A DNA stretch of 64,000 nucleotides, from NCBI GenBank assembly GCA_045606265.1, contig JAZURO010000233.1, positions 174-64,173 on the forward strand, read 5' to 3'. The DNA comes from Eubacteriales bacterium. GTDB lineage: Bacteria; Bacillota; Clostridia; Oscillospirales; CAG-272. Numbering within the stretch: the first letter of the stretch is position 1; each line of letters opens with the position of its first letter. Shown here in pieces: positions 8,331-17,666 of the stretch. The notes below the pieces were generated by a model that did not search any database, was not told the DNA's origin, and saw only the letters and a program-made list of their open reading frames with translations. The position numbers and the translations under genes are program-made.

Positions 8331-9155
8331 TTAATAACTTGCCTTATCAGCCGCCTCTTTATGCAAACGGAGCTGATATTCTTGCTTTGCTTCAACGGAC
8401 TCAAAAATCATTTGGCTTTGGAAGTCAACTACTACCGTTGAAGAAAGGTTGTCGTGAATGAGGGAACGAGTTCTTGATGTAATCATAAGAACAAGCTGAA
8501 TAAGCGGAATAAGCAAAATAACCGCAATACAAACGATTGGCTCAAATCCGATAATCAGCAATAAGAACATAAAAATCGGAAGCATCGTTTCAACGGTGAA
8601 CTTTCCTAATACTGTACGAATGAACAGTATCTTAGAGGAAATCTTTACGCCGTCACTACGCATAACTGCAATAGAGAATATCTTTTTGCCAATGGTTTGT
8701 CCGTTTTTGAAAAGCATTGGAACTAAGAACTCTAAAAGCAGGAAAGAGATCAGTAAGCTTATCGAGAGAATTGCAAGTGATAAGTTTACTAAAATCTCAA
8801 AAAGTCCGATCATTTCGCTGTCGGTAAAAATTGCCTCCTGCGTTGCTTTATAACACGCATCGAAAGTGGTGCGTACGTCAGTGGGAAGATTATTCAACTC
8901 TCTTTCATCCATTGTCAAATATTCTTCGTATGAAATGTAATAGTAATCTTCAAGTGTTTTTACTTCGTATTTTACCTTATATTCTTCTTCAATTTCTACG
9001 GGACGTGTCTCATAGCGCTCCCAATAGGCACTGTAATCAAAGACAGATGATGCCAAAAGCATAATGCCTGTGAAAACCATCAGAAAAACTACAAGGTCAA
9101 GTAAAAAAGCCGAAAAGCGCTTCATCAAACTTGCTTTTTGTAAATCGTGAATCAT
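8331..9155 (-). CDS. RDD-family integral membrane protein
   Basis: KRFSAFLLDLVVFLMVF at the N-terminus and several TM segments with an RDD-like layout. Weak motif-level call. Confidence 0.65.
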   Translation of the reverse strand: MIHDLQKASLMKRFSAFLLDLVVFLMVFTGIMLLASSVFDYSAYWERYETRPVEIEEEYKVKYEVKTLEDYYYISYEEYLTMDERELNNLPTDVRTTFDACYKATQEAIFTDSEMIGLFEILVNLSLAILSISLLISFLLLEFLVPMLFKNGQTIGKKIFSIAVMRSDGVKISSKILFIRTVLGKFTVETMLPIFMFLLLIIGFEPIVCIAVILLIPLIQLVLMITSRTRSLIHDNLSSTVVVDFQSQMIFESVEAKQEYQLRLHKEAADKASY

Positions 9156-9422
9156 ATCGTAAAACCTTCATTATAATTATATAAGGACTGGCATGCAAAC
9201 AAAAGTTGGCATACTTATAAATCATAAAATTATCCTATATACATAATAGCACAAACTTCACCAAAAAACAACCCTTTTTTGTGTGAAATAAAAGATTTTT
9301 TTACTTTTCGTCATTTTGCCAAAAAAGTTACTAAAAAATGCCTTTCAAAAGACATTTCAAACAAATCACAGTATAATAAAAACTCTTAAAAAATCAAGAA
9401 TTCAGAGCATTTTTATATAAAA

Positions 9423-9450
9423 AACGCAACAGAAATCAATCTGTTGCGTT
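9423..9450 (-). terminator. Rho-independent terminator after the CNNM/CorC gene
   Basis: AACGCAACAG-N8-CTGTTGCGTT followed by a U-run on the minus strand. Confidence 0.8.
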
Positions 9451-9461
9451 TTTGTGCAATT

Positions 9462-10778
9462 TTACTCATCAGAGTCGTTTTCTTCAAGTGCGACCTCTTC
9501 GGGATGTACAATTACCTCAATTTCGTGAGACATAATATCGTCTGCCTTGGTAACGGTTACGGAAATATTGGCGTAATCGAAGCTGAATCCGACCTCGGGA
9601 ATTGACTCAGCACGTTCGCCAACCCAACCGTTGACGGTAGTTGATTCACTTTCCTCATCACTGTCTATTTCGAAGAATGTGAAGAACTCGTCAAGAGATA
9701 CAGTTGAAAGTACTCTGTATTTATCTTCTGCTATTTCTTTAATTGGCTCAATGGCTTCATCCAACTCGTCCCAGATTTCGCCAACAAGCTCTTCGATAAT
9801 ATCCTCCATACTTACAACACCTGATGTAACACCGTATTCGTTTACAACGATTGCGATATGGTTGTGAGTATCCTGCATCTCTTTAAGAAGAGCATCAAGG
9901 TGCATTGTTTCAGGAACGTATTTAGGTGTAAACATAGCATTTTCGATTTTGTACTTGGGATTGGTATGATTAAGAAGATACTCTCTTGCATAAAGGATAC
10001 CGATAATCTTATCAAGACTTTCAGTATATACGGGAATACGTGAATAACCTTCTTCTTTGATAATCTTAATAAGCTGTTTTTCTGTAATATCATCGGGAAT
10101 TGCAACGATGGAAGATCTTTGCGTCATAACGTCAGCAGCGGTGAGATTGTCAAGCTTGAAAACGTTTTTGATATACTCAACGTCATCCTCGTCAAGACCA
10201 CCCTCGTCAGCACCTGCATCAAGCATAGTAACTATATCCTCTTCAGAAACAGCTTCTTCTTTTTCGTTGGGATCTATTCCAAAGAGTCTGAGAATACCGT
10301 TTGTTGAAATGGAAAGGAACCAGATTACAGGTTTAAGTATAGTTGTAAGAACAGAAACCACACCGCAAAAAGCTCTCGCTACTTTTTCTTTGTTCTTCAT
10401 AGCAACTCTCTTGGGAACAAGCTCACCGAAAACGAGTGTGAAGTAAGAGAGAACAAGTGTAACGATAATTACGGATACAGTTCTTATAAGTTCAGAATTA
10501 GCACCACCCATAGCCGCGGCAAGCATATCGCCAAAGCTATCAGCAGCAAAAGCTGATCCCATAAATCCGGCAAGAGTAATTCCAACCTGAATGGTGGATA
10601 AGAATTTTGTGGGATCGTCAAGAATTTTAGCAATTTTTGTAGCTTTTTTGTCGCCGTCCTCGGCTTGTGCCTTCATCTTTTGACTGTTAAGAGAAATAAC
10701 GGCAATTTCCGTAGCGGCAAAAAAAGCATTGAGTGAAATAAGTAAAATTTGTAATAAAAGTTGTCTTAGTATAGGCAT
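9462..10778 (-). CDS. CNNM/HlyC-CorC family transporter (DUF21 + CBS pair + CorC_HlyC)
   Basis: N-terminal DUF21 TM domain (NAFFAATEIAVISLN), a CBS pair (...IPVYTESLDKIIGILY...), and a C-terminal CorC/HlyC domain (TVNGWVGE...). Confidence 0.9.
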   Translation of the reverse strand: MPILRQLLLQILLISLNAFFAATEIAVISLNSQKMKAQAEDGDKKATKIAKILDDPTKFLSTIQVGITLAGFMGSAFAADSFGDMLAAAMGGANSELIRTVSVIIVTLVLSYFTLVFGELVPKRVAMKNKEKVARAFCGVVSVLTTILKPVIWFLSISTNGILRLFGIDPNEKEEAVSEEDIVTMLDAGADEGGLDEDDVEYIKNVFKLDNLTAADVMTQRSSIVAIPDDITEKQLIKIIKEEGYSRIPVYTESLDKIIGILYAREYLLNHTNPKYKIENAMFTPKYVPETMHLDALLKEMQDTHNHIAIVVNEYGVTSGVVSMEDIIEELVGEIWDELDEAIEPIKEIAEDKYRVLSTVSLDEFFTFFEIDSDEESESTTVNGWVGERAESIPEVGFSFDYANISVTVTKADDIMSHEIEVIVHPEEVALEENDSDE

Positions 10779-10977
10779 AATTCCTCCAATTAATTTAAGT
10801 TCAGATATTGTTCAGTAAGATAGATCAAGATTTCACTCAGCAGATAAGCGGTGAGTGTAGTCTTTTGCCCGAAAACGAGCAAAAGCATCTGAACAAATTG
10901 GAATGCCTGTCGTTATAGTTCCGAGTTACAGGGCAACTTCGGGGTAATGGGTCCACAGTAGTAAACTCCTTTCATAA
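10779..10977 (-). promoter_or_regulatory. Long structured 5' leader of the CNNM/CorC gene (candidate riboswitch or translational attenuator, class unassigned)
   Basis: The promoter at 10984-11012 implies a UTR of about 200 nt. It has nested hairpins (CUUUUGC.../...GCAAAAG and CACUCA/UGAGUG) and GUUCAGAU pairing with either of two CUGAAC copies. UCCAAUU (10896-10902) is complementary to AAUUGGA, which overlaps the SD GGAGG (10783-10791). Confidence 0.4.
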
Positions 10978-10983
10978 AAATTC

Positions 10984-11012
10984 AACATACAGTATAACAT
11001 ACATTTTGTCAA
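10984..11012 (-). promoter_or_regulatory. Sigma-A-type promoter for the CorC leader
   Basis: TTGACA, 17 nt, TATGTT on the minus strand. Confidence 0.55.
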
Positions 11013-11081
11013 ATTTCAATAGGTTTTTCATATATTTTTATTTATTAATAGAAAAAAAGGTAGAAAACAGCTATAATTTTG

Positions 11082-11110
11082 TTGACTAATACAAGGTTTT
11101 GTGATAAAAT
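11082..11110 (+). promoter_or_regulatory. Sigma-A-type promoter (extended -10)
   Basis: TTGACT, 17 nt (ending in TGA), TAAAAT, about 30 nt upstream of the ATG at 11142. Confidence 0.7.
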
Positions 11111-11141
11111 TAATTTAATTTGATATTGAGAGGAACTGTGT

Positions 11142-12428
11142 ATGCTTTCAAATGAAATTATTACAACTTATGAAGATATATTGATAGAGGAGCTGCAAGT
11201 AGCTATGGGCTGTACTGAACCTATTGCAATTGCATATGCATCGTCTATTGCACGACACGCATTGGGCAGATTACCCGAATGCGTAGTTATTCGCCTTAGC
11301 GGAAATATAATTAAAAATGTAAAAAGTGTTATCGTTCCTTCAACAGGTGGAATGCACGGTATTGATAGTGCTGTTGCTGCGGGTATTGTTTCAGGACGGT
11401 ATGACTTAAAGCTTGAACTATTATCAGCACTTTCTGAAAAAGACGCAGAGCTGATCAAAAACTATAAAGAACAGAATCAGATTATAATTGAAGAGCTTGA
11501 AAGTCCCTGCAATTTTGACCTTTTCATCAAAGCGATATCCGGAAATGATAAAGTTAAGGTCAGAATTTCCGATTATCATACTAATGTTGTTTCAGTTACC
11601 TATAATGACGAGGATATTACCGAGCATTATCGTAACGAGAAAGCCGAAATGGGCAAAAGCTTGAAAAAAGCTGACAGATCACTTTTGAACGTCAAGGATA
11701 TTGTGGAATTTGCCGATACGGTTGATCTTGAAAGAATAAGACCGCACCTTATGCAGCAAATAGAAATGAATATGGCGATTTCAAACGAGGGATTGACCAA
11801 TGACTATGGAGCAACTATCGGAAAAATACTTTACAATGACGGTGACGCAACTATCAAGGATAAGCTGAAAGCTTATGCAGCAGCAGGAAGCGATGCTCGA
11901 ATGAGTGGTTGTGAATTACCTGTGTGTATTATTTCGGGAAGCGGAAACCAAGGTATTACAGCTTCTGTTCCTGTGGTGGTATATGCCCAAGAAAATACCA
12001 TTGATGAAGACACAATGCTTCGTGCGTTACTTGTTTCCGACCTTGTTACTATTCATCAGAAAACGGGAATAGGAACGCTTTCTGCGTATTGTGGAGCAAT
12101 AAGCGCCGGCGTCGGTGCAGGAGCAGGTATATGTTATCTTCAAGGGGGGAGATACCGTGAAATTGCACACACTCTTGTCAATGCGGTTGCAATACTTTCG
12201 GGAACTATTTGTGACGGAGCCAAAGCATCTTGCGCTGCCAAAATCGCTATGGCAGTTGAAGCTGGAATTATCGGTTGTAATATGGCAAAGGCGGACAAGC
12301 AGTTCTACGGTGGAGACGGTATCGTTACCAAGGGCGTGGAAAATACTATAAGAAACGTTGGAATGCTTGCCAGAGAGGGCATGAGCACCACCGACAAAGA
12401 AATCATCAAGATTATGCTCGGCAAATAA
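11142..12428 (+). CDS. UPF0597 / L-cysteine desulfidase family protein (YhaM/CyuA-like, serine dehydratase alpha-like fold)
   Basis: MGCTEPIAIAYA near the N-terminus, SGSGNQGITASVP, and a size (428 aa) typical of the family. Confidence 0.8.
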   Translation: MLSNEIITTYEDILIEELQVAMGCTEPIAIAYASSIARHALGRLPECVVIRLSGNIIKNVKSVIVPSTGGMHGIDSAVAAGIVSGRYDLKLELLSALSEKDAELIKNYKEQNQIIIEELESPCNFDLFIKAISGNDKVKVRISDYHTNVVSVTYNDEDITEHYRNEKAEMGKSLKKADRSLLNVKDIVEFADTVDLERIRPHLMQQIEMNMAISNEGLTNDYGATIGKILYNDGDATIKDKLKAYAAAGSDARMSGCELPVCIISGSGNQGITASVPVVVYAQENTIDEDTMLRALLVSDLVTIHQKTGIGTLSAYCGAISAGVGAGAGICYLQGGRYREIAHTLVNAVAILSGTICDGAKASCAAKIAMAVEAGIIGCNMAKADKQFYGGDGIVTKGVENTIRNVGMLAREGMSTTDKEIIKIMLGK

Positions 12429-12467
12429 TTATTTGTTAACAAATTCATACATATAAAGGAGAAAACT

Positions 12468-15272
12468 ATGAAAAACTTTACTTTTACCAATAAGGTGAGA
12501 TTTGACTCCTGCGGATATGACGTTTATGAATACGATCATATTAGCGGAGCAAAGCTTATCTATATTGACTCAGGTACAGAGGAGAAATCCTTCTGTGCAG
12601 CATTTAAGACAATTCCGGACGATTCAACGGGTGTTTTCCATATTCTTGAACACTCGGTGCTTGACGGTTCAAAGAACTATCCTATGAACTCACCGTTCTT
12701 GTTTATGCTTAAAAACTCAATGAATACGTTCCTCAATGCTATGACATTCCAGGGTAAGACAATGTACCCCTGCGCTTCTTGCAATCCCGATGATTTTGAG
12801 AATCTTTTGAAGGTATATCTTGATGCGGTTTTCAATCCGATTCTTGCCGAAGGAACGTTTCTTCGTGAAGGCTGGCATATTGAAAAGGCAGAAAACGGAT
12901 ATGACATTAAGGGTGTTGTATATAATGAAATGCAGGGTGCTACGGCATCAATTCAGCGCCAGCTTTACGGAGCTATGACAGCTGATCTTTACCCCGATAC
13001 CTATCAAAAGTATAATAGCGGCGGCGAACCCTCTGTAATTCCTTCACTTACCTATGAAAATTATCTTGCTGCATACAGAAAGTATTACAGCACAGCAAAC
13101 TGTGTACTTTTCCTCAGAGGTAATATGGATATCGACAGATACACCGATATTATTGACCAATGGCTTGCAGGTGCATCTCAAGAGAGAAGCGAGATTAAAC
13201 ACACGATCCAAGGTCCAAATCACAGAGTATGCGAGCACGAATACCCCATTTCTCCCTCAGAGGATACAAAAGGTAAGACAAACATTATCTATTCATATAA
13301 TGTTGGTATGTATAACGATGCCGAGAGACAGTTGGCAGCGGGCTTGCTTGCTAATTATCTGATGGACAATAGCTCATCACCCTTGAAAAAAGCTTTGACT
13401 TCAAGCGGTCTTATGGCAGATGCGGATATTTACGATTCAACGGACGATATTCAAACTTCGTGGGGATTTGCAGCTTATAATACCGAAAAAGAGCATTGTG
13501 ACGCAATTAAAAAAATAATCGACGATACAATTCAGAGCATTATTGATAATGGTATTGATAAAGAAATTATGCTCTCACAAATTTCTGCGACAAGCTTCAG
13601 AATGAAGGAGCAGAGAAATGCTGTAACGGGTCTTTGCATCTATGATTTCATAAATATTGCAAATAACTATTTCTATAATGTTCCTCTCAATACTTATTTT
13701 GAGATTGATGAAGTATTTGAAAAGTTTGAGCGTGAGCTTGACAATGGATATTTTGAAAACCTTCTTCGTGAAATATTCTTTGAAAACGAAATAACGGCAA
13801 TTTCATTGCTCGTTCCCGTGCAAAGAGAATCGAGTGCGGCACATCTTGCGACGGTTGAAAAATACACGTCAGAGCTTTCAGAAGAAGTTAAGGATGAAGC
13901 ATTTAAGAGATTTGTTGACGGAACGAAGCTCGCAATGGATAGAGATACACCAGAGGTTATTGCAAAAATGCCTACTCTCTCACTTGATAAGCTCACAAAA
14001 GAGCTTCCGAAAAAGGAATTTCACGTTGATGAAAACGTTCTTTATACACCCGCTGAAACTAACGGGATAGCATACTATCGCTTCTATTTTTCACTTGCGG
14101 GACTTAACGCAGATGAGATTATGACAGTTGAGCTTCTTTCACGTTCACTTGGAGATTTTGCTACTGAAAGCAGCACACCGTCAGAGCTTTCCAACCGTCT
14201 TAACAGATATGCGGGCAAGTGGAAGTTCTCAACAACAACTCTTTCTCCCACAATGCAGAAAGCAGAACCTTATCTTGTAGTAAGTGTTGCTTGTCTTGAA
14301 AAGAATGCAGAAAAAGCACTTGAAACAATAAGTGAAATGCTTTGTAAGACTGTTTATGATGAAGAAACGGCAAAAACAGTTCTTGCCCGTGAGCTTAATA
14401 ACACAAGAATGCAGTTTATGGGCAACGGAGTAGGACTTGCTCTTAACAGCTCCGAAGCACTTATTTCCGCAAGCGGATATTATAGCATACTCTTTGGCGG
14501 ATATCCGTTGTTTATGAAGATTCAGGAATATTCACAGGCGCCTGCCGAATTCTGTGAAAATGCGAAAGCACTTCTTGCGAGGGTATTTGGTAAAGATAAT
14601 CTTTGTTACACGGGATTGACAGGCAATAAAGAGCTTCTTGCATACAAACTCACACTTAACAATGGTTCTAAGCTTGAAGGAGCAACGCTTGTAAATACGG
14701 ATACAAAGAAGGTAGCTTATGCAATCCCCGCAGGAATCAGCTTCAACGTTCGTTCGCTTGATATTAATGAGATTCTTCCTTATAGTGGAAAGCATATAGC
14801 TATTTCAAATCTTCTTTCACTTGGATACTTGTGGCATAATATTCGTGAGGTCGGCGGAGCTTACGGAACAGGACTCCGTTTTGCAAGACGTGGAGCTTTG
14901 AACGTTTATTCATACCGTGATCCCAAGGTTAAAGAGACCTATGATATTTATGATAAGATCGCAGATTATCTTGCTAACAATGAATTTACTGACGGAGAAA
15001 TTCTTGGATGTATTATCAGCACACTTGCAGATTTTGTAAATCCCAAATCAATGGAGCAAGAGGGTATTGAAAACGAAATCGGATACCTTGCAAACTATAC
15101 TTACGAAGAAAAAGCGCAGCATATGGCAGACGTACTTTCGTTCAGTAAAGATGACATTAAGTCTTTCATTCCCGTATTTGAGGCATTTAAGAATGCACAC
15201 GCCGAATGCTCTGTGGGTAACGGTGAAAATCAAAAGAATTACGGCAAATTTGATGAGATAATTAATCTTTAA
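12468..15272 (+). CDS. Insulinase-family zinc metallopeptidase (M16C, PreP-like)
   Basis: Inverted zinc motif HILEHSVLDGS (HxxEH); 934 aa with M16C architecture. Confidence 0.88.
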   Translation: MKNFTFTNKVRFDSCGYDVYEYDHISGAKLIYIDSGTEEKSFCAAFKTIPDDSTGVFHILEHSVLDGSKNYPMNSPFLFMLKNSMNTFLNAMTFQGKTMYPCASCNPDDFENLLKVYLDAVFNPILAEGTFLREGWHIEKAENGYDIKGVVYNEMQGATASIQRQLYGAMTADLYPDTYQKYNSGGEPSVIPSLTYENYLAAYRKYYSTANCVLFLRGNMDIDRYTDIIDQWLAGASQERSEIKHTIQGPNHRVCEHEYPISPSEDTKGKTNIIYSYNVGMYNDAERQLAAGLLANYLMDNSSSPLKKALTSSGLMADADIYDSTDDIQTSWGFAAYNTEKEHCDAIKKIIDDTIQSIIDNGIDKEIMLSQISATSFRMKEQRNAVTGLCIYDFINIANNYFYNVPLNTYFEIDEVFEKFERELDNGYFENLLREIFFENEITAISLLVPVQRESSAAHLATVEKYTSELSEEVKDEAFKRFVDGTKLAMDRDTPEVIAKMPTLSLDKLTKELPKKEFHVDENVLYTPAETNGIAYYRFYFSLAGLNADEIMTVELLSRSLGDFATESSTPSELSNRLNRYAGKWKFSTTTLSPTMQKAEPYLVVSVACLEKNAEKALETISEMLCKTVYDEETAKTVLARELNNTRMQFMGNGVGLALNSSEALISASGYYSILFGGYPLFMKIQEYSQAPAEFCENAKALLARVFGKDNLCYTGLTGNKELLAYKLTLNNGSKLEGATLVNTDTKKVAYAIPAGISFNVRSLDINEILPYSGKHIAISNLLSLGYLWHNIREVGGAYGTGLRFARRGALNVYSYRDPKVKETYDIYDKIADYLANNEFTDGEILGCIISTLADFVNPKSMEQEGIENEIGYLANYTYEEKAQHMADVLSFSKDDIKSFIPVFEAFKNAHAECSVGNGENQKNYGKFDEIINL

Positions 15273-15273
15273 T

Positions 15274-15308
15274 AAAAAAACCTGCGAGAATTTCTCGCAG
15301 GTTTTTTC
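15274..15308. terminator. Bidirectional rho-independent terminator
   Basis: A-run, ACCTGCGAGA-att-TCTCGCAGGT, T-run, between convergent genes. Confidence 0.85.
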
Positions 15309-16084
15309 TATAATCTTTTAATCCACTTATCCGCCAGATCAACCCAAGCTGAGCAAGGATGCGGCTCGTTTTCGGGTATTTCTTTGCAGGTTTCGCTTGT
15401 CGCAAGAGAGAGACCGTGATGTCCGTCAGGAAAGAGAACGAGCTGATGTTCAATACCGTGCTTTTTAAGGGCATCGGCTAAGTTTTTAGAATTCTGCACG
15501 GGCACGGCATCATCATTTTCGGTGTGCCAGATAAATGCTGGCGGAGTATCGTCATCAACGTGCAAATCAAGTGAAAACAGATGCTTTTGCTCGTCGGACG
15601 GATTGTCCGTTCCGCAGAAGTTGAAAAGAGAACCCATATGCGTGGGACAGGAAGCGGTTACAACGGGATAGCACAAAATCATAGCATTTGGACGGGCATC
15701 CTTTTGAAGTAAGGTTCCGCTTGAAAGAGCCAGGTGACCACCCGCCGAAAAGCCGACTACAAAAAGCCTGTCAGGGCGTATATTATAAGGAATTGCGTTA
15801 TTTCTGACGTGCTTGATTGCAAGCTCAATTTCACGCAATGGATTAAGATCCTTTGCTAGTTTTGCAACTGAATATTTAAGTACAAATGCATTGTATCCGC
15901 GAGCTAAAAATTGGAGTGCAATCGGCTCGCTTTCACGGTTAGAAACCCATTCATACCCACCGCCCGGACAAATCAGAACAGCTCGTCTTGGTGGATTGTC
16001 CATTTCCGGCGGATTGTCTTGGATATAAGTTATTAAATGTGCATTTTCATCTTGTGGGAATATATACAATTTCTCAATTTTCAT
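15308..16084 (-). CDS. Alpha/beta hydrolase (esterase/lipase family)
   Basis: Oxyanion-type CPGGGY and nucleophile elbow GFSAGGHLA. Start moved to MKIEKL, which has a GAGGTG RBS. Confidence 0.8.
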   Translation of the reverse strand: MKIEKLYIFPQDENAHLITYIQDNPPEMDNPPRRAVLICPGGGYEWVSNRESEPIALQFLARGYNAFVLKYSVAKLAKDLNPLREIELAIKHVRNNAIPYNIRPDRLFVVGFSAGGHLALSSGTLLQKDARPNAMILCYPVVTASCPTHMGSLFNFCGTDNPSDEQKHLFSLDLHVDDDTPPAFIWHTENDDAVPVQNSKNLADALKKHGIEHQLVLFPDGHHGLSLATSETCKEIPENEPHPCSAWVDLADKWIKRL

Positions 16085-16197
16085 AATATCACCTCTGCAA
16101 ATCATTATATCATTTTTTCACGCTTTGTCAACATAATTGTATATTTTTCTTTTAATCGGGAATAATATTTTTACCAATTTTATCAAGGAGAAATAAG

Positions 16198-16647
16198 ATG
16201 AACGATAAACAAAGAAACAAAGACGCCGAGCTTTTGCAGGATATCTACTCAAACGTAAAAATGGGATCTGATTCCATTATTAATTTGCTTCCCAAAATAA
16301 AGGATGATGATATGAAAACACTTATGACAACTCAGTTGGATCAATATGAAAAATATGCTCAGGACGTAAAAAAACAGCTTACGTCGCAGGGAATAGAGCC
16401 CAAGGAAGTGAATCCTGTTTCAAAGCTTGGGGCGAAAATCGGAATGGAAATGAAATCGATGCAGGACAGTACTACAAGTCATATGGCAGAAATGATGGTA
16501 CAGGGCTCAACTATGGACGTAACAGATCTTTTGCAAAAAGTCAGCGCATATGAGAATTATCCCGAATGTAAGAATTCAGTTTCATTGGCTAAGGAAATCG
16601 TGGCTTTTGAAGAAAGAAATATCGAAAAAATGAAGGAATTTTTGTAA
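16198..16647 (+). CDS. Hypothetical helical protein (function unknown)
   Basis: 149-aa ORF with an AAGGAGA RBS and coding-like composition. No motif recognised. Confidence 0.6.
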   Translation: MNDKQRNKDAELLQDIYSNVKMGSDSIINLLPKIKDDDMKTLMTTQLDQYEKYAQDVKKQLTSQGIEPKEVNPVSKLGAKIGMEMKSMQDSTTSHMAEMMVQGSTMDVTDLLQKVSAYENYPECKNSVSLAKEIVAFEERNIEKMKEFL

Positions 16648-16673
16648 AATTATTGCCAAAAGTAACTTTTTTA

Positions 16674-16702
16674 TTGACATGTGCCAAAAAATATTATATA
16701 AT
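16674..16702 (+). promoter_or_regulatory. Sigma-A-type promoter
   Basis: TTGACA, 17 nt, TATAAT. Confidence 0.7.
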
Positions 16703-16738
16703 ATTTTTCGTAATGATATAGAATAGGAGATTGTAAAT

Positions 16739-16936
16739 ATGAAAGTTACTAAGGAATCCATTATAGGCGATGTTCTTGATTTCAATCCCGAAACTGCACA
16801 GTTTTTCTTTGAAATAGGTATGCATTGTCTTGGTTGTCCCGCTTCTCGCGGTGAAAACATTGCTGATGCTTGTGCAGTACACGGAACTGATGCTGACAAG
16901 CTTGTTGAAAAGATCAACGCTTTTCTTGGAAATTAA
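16739..16936 (+). CDS. DUF1858 / hybrid-cluster-protein-associated redox disulfide domain protein
   Basis: 65 aa, with GMHCLGCPAS (CxxC) in the context typical of DUF1858. Confidence 0.7.
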   Translation: MKVTKESIIGDVLDFNPETAQFFFEIGMHCLGCPASRGENIADACAVHGTDADKLVEKINAFLGN

Positions 16937-16940
16937 TTGA

Positions 16941-16962
16941 AAGGGGCTGTAAAGCCCCTTTT
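16941..16962 (+). terminator. Rho-independent terminator
   Basis: AAGGGGCT-gtaa-AGCCCCTT followed by a short TT. Confidence 0.7.
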
Positions 16963-16979
16963 CGCTCTTGGGAGAATTT

Positions 16980-17663
16980 ATGGAAAAAATCAAAATCAAT
17001 GATAGATTACTGACAGCTGTTCCTTTTGTAAGAAACGGCAGGATGTTCGCTGATATTGGAACTGATCACGCATATTTACCCATTTATCTTATGGATATGG
17101 GAGTTATTTCAACAGCTGTTGCTGCCGATATAAACCGAGGACCGCTTGATAAAGCGGGAGAGAATATTGAAAAATACGGTTACGGGAACAGTATCTCAAC
17201 CGTTCTTTGCGACGGACTGAGTAAAATCGATCCCGAAAAGGTTGATGATATTGCGATATTTGGAATGGGTGGAGAGCTGATAGTGAAAATTATAGACGAA
17301 GCTCCTTGGTTAAAGGATAGTGATAAAAGATTAATTTTACAGCCAATGACTCATCCCGAAAAGCTCAGAGAGTATCTTGCTCAGAACGGCTTTAATATTC
17401 TTGGAGAACAGCTTTCCTCAGATAGAGGAAAGATATATCAGACCATTTGTGCGCAATACGATGGAACTCAAAGGCAGTACGACGCCTTTACTTACGCTTT
17501 TGGCGAATACATACTCGGTGAAAAAACTGAGCTTCTTTTGGCGCTTTTAGGTACAACAAAAAGAAAGCTTGAAAGAAAAGTCCTCGGAAAAAATGCAGGC
17601 GGAGAGGATATTACCATTGAAATTCAAATGATTGAACGAATAAATAAATACATAGAGGAGTAA
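16980..17663 (+). CDS. trmK: tRNA (adenine22-N1)-methyltransferase
   Basis: DIGTDHAYLPIYL and IFGMGGELI motifs; adjacent to a nif3-like gene as in Bacillus yqfN-yqfO. Confidence 0.85.
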   Translation: MEKIKINDRLLTAVPFVRNGRMFADIGTDHAYLPIYLMDMGVISTAVAADINRGPLDKAGENIEKYGYGNSISTVLCDGLSKIDPEKVDDIAIFGMGGELIVKIIDEAPWLKDSDKRLILQPMTHPEKLREYLAQNGFNILGEQLSSDRGKIYQTICAQYDGTQRQYDAFTYAFGEYILGEKTELLLALLGTTKRKLERKVLGKNAGGEDITIEIQMIERINKYIEE

Positions 17664-17666
17664 AAA

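Noticed and set aside
10779-10980. Attempted to assign the CorC leader to the M-box, yybP-ykoY (Mn2+) or ydaO (c-di-AMP) riboswitch classes
   Set aside because: I could not find the conserved cores: GUUAGGUGAGGC and GCUAAUGGGUCAACAG for M-box, GGGGAGUAG and UUGACAUA for yybP-ykoY, or both pseudo-symmetric halves for ydaO. AAUGGGUCCACAG occurs only on the wrong (plus) strand, and the GGACCCA / ACCCCGAA resemblance to ydaO is too short. The leader is kept as an unclassified candidate only.
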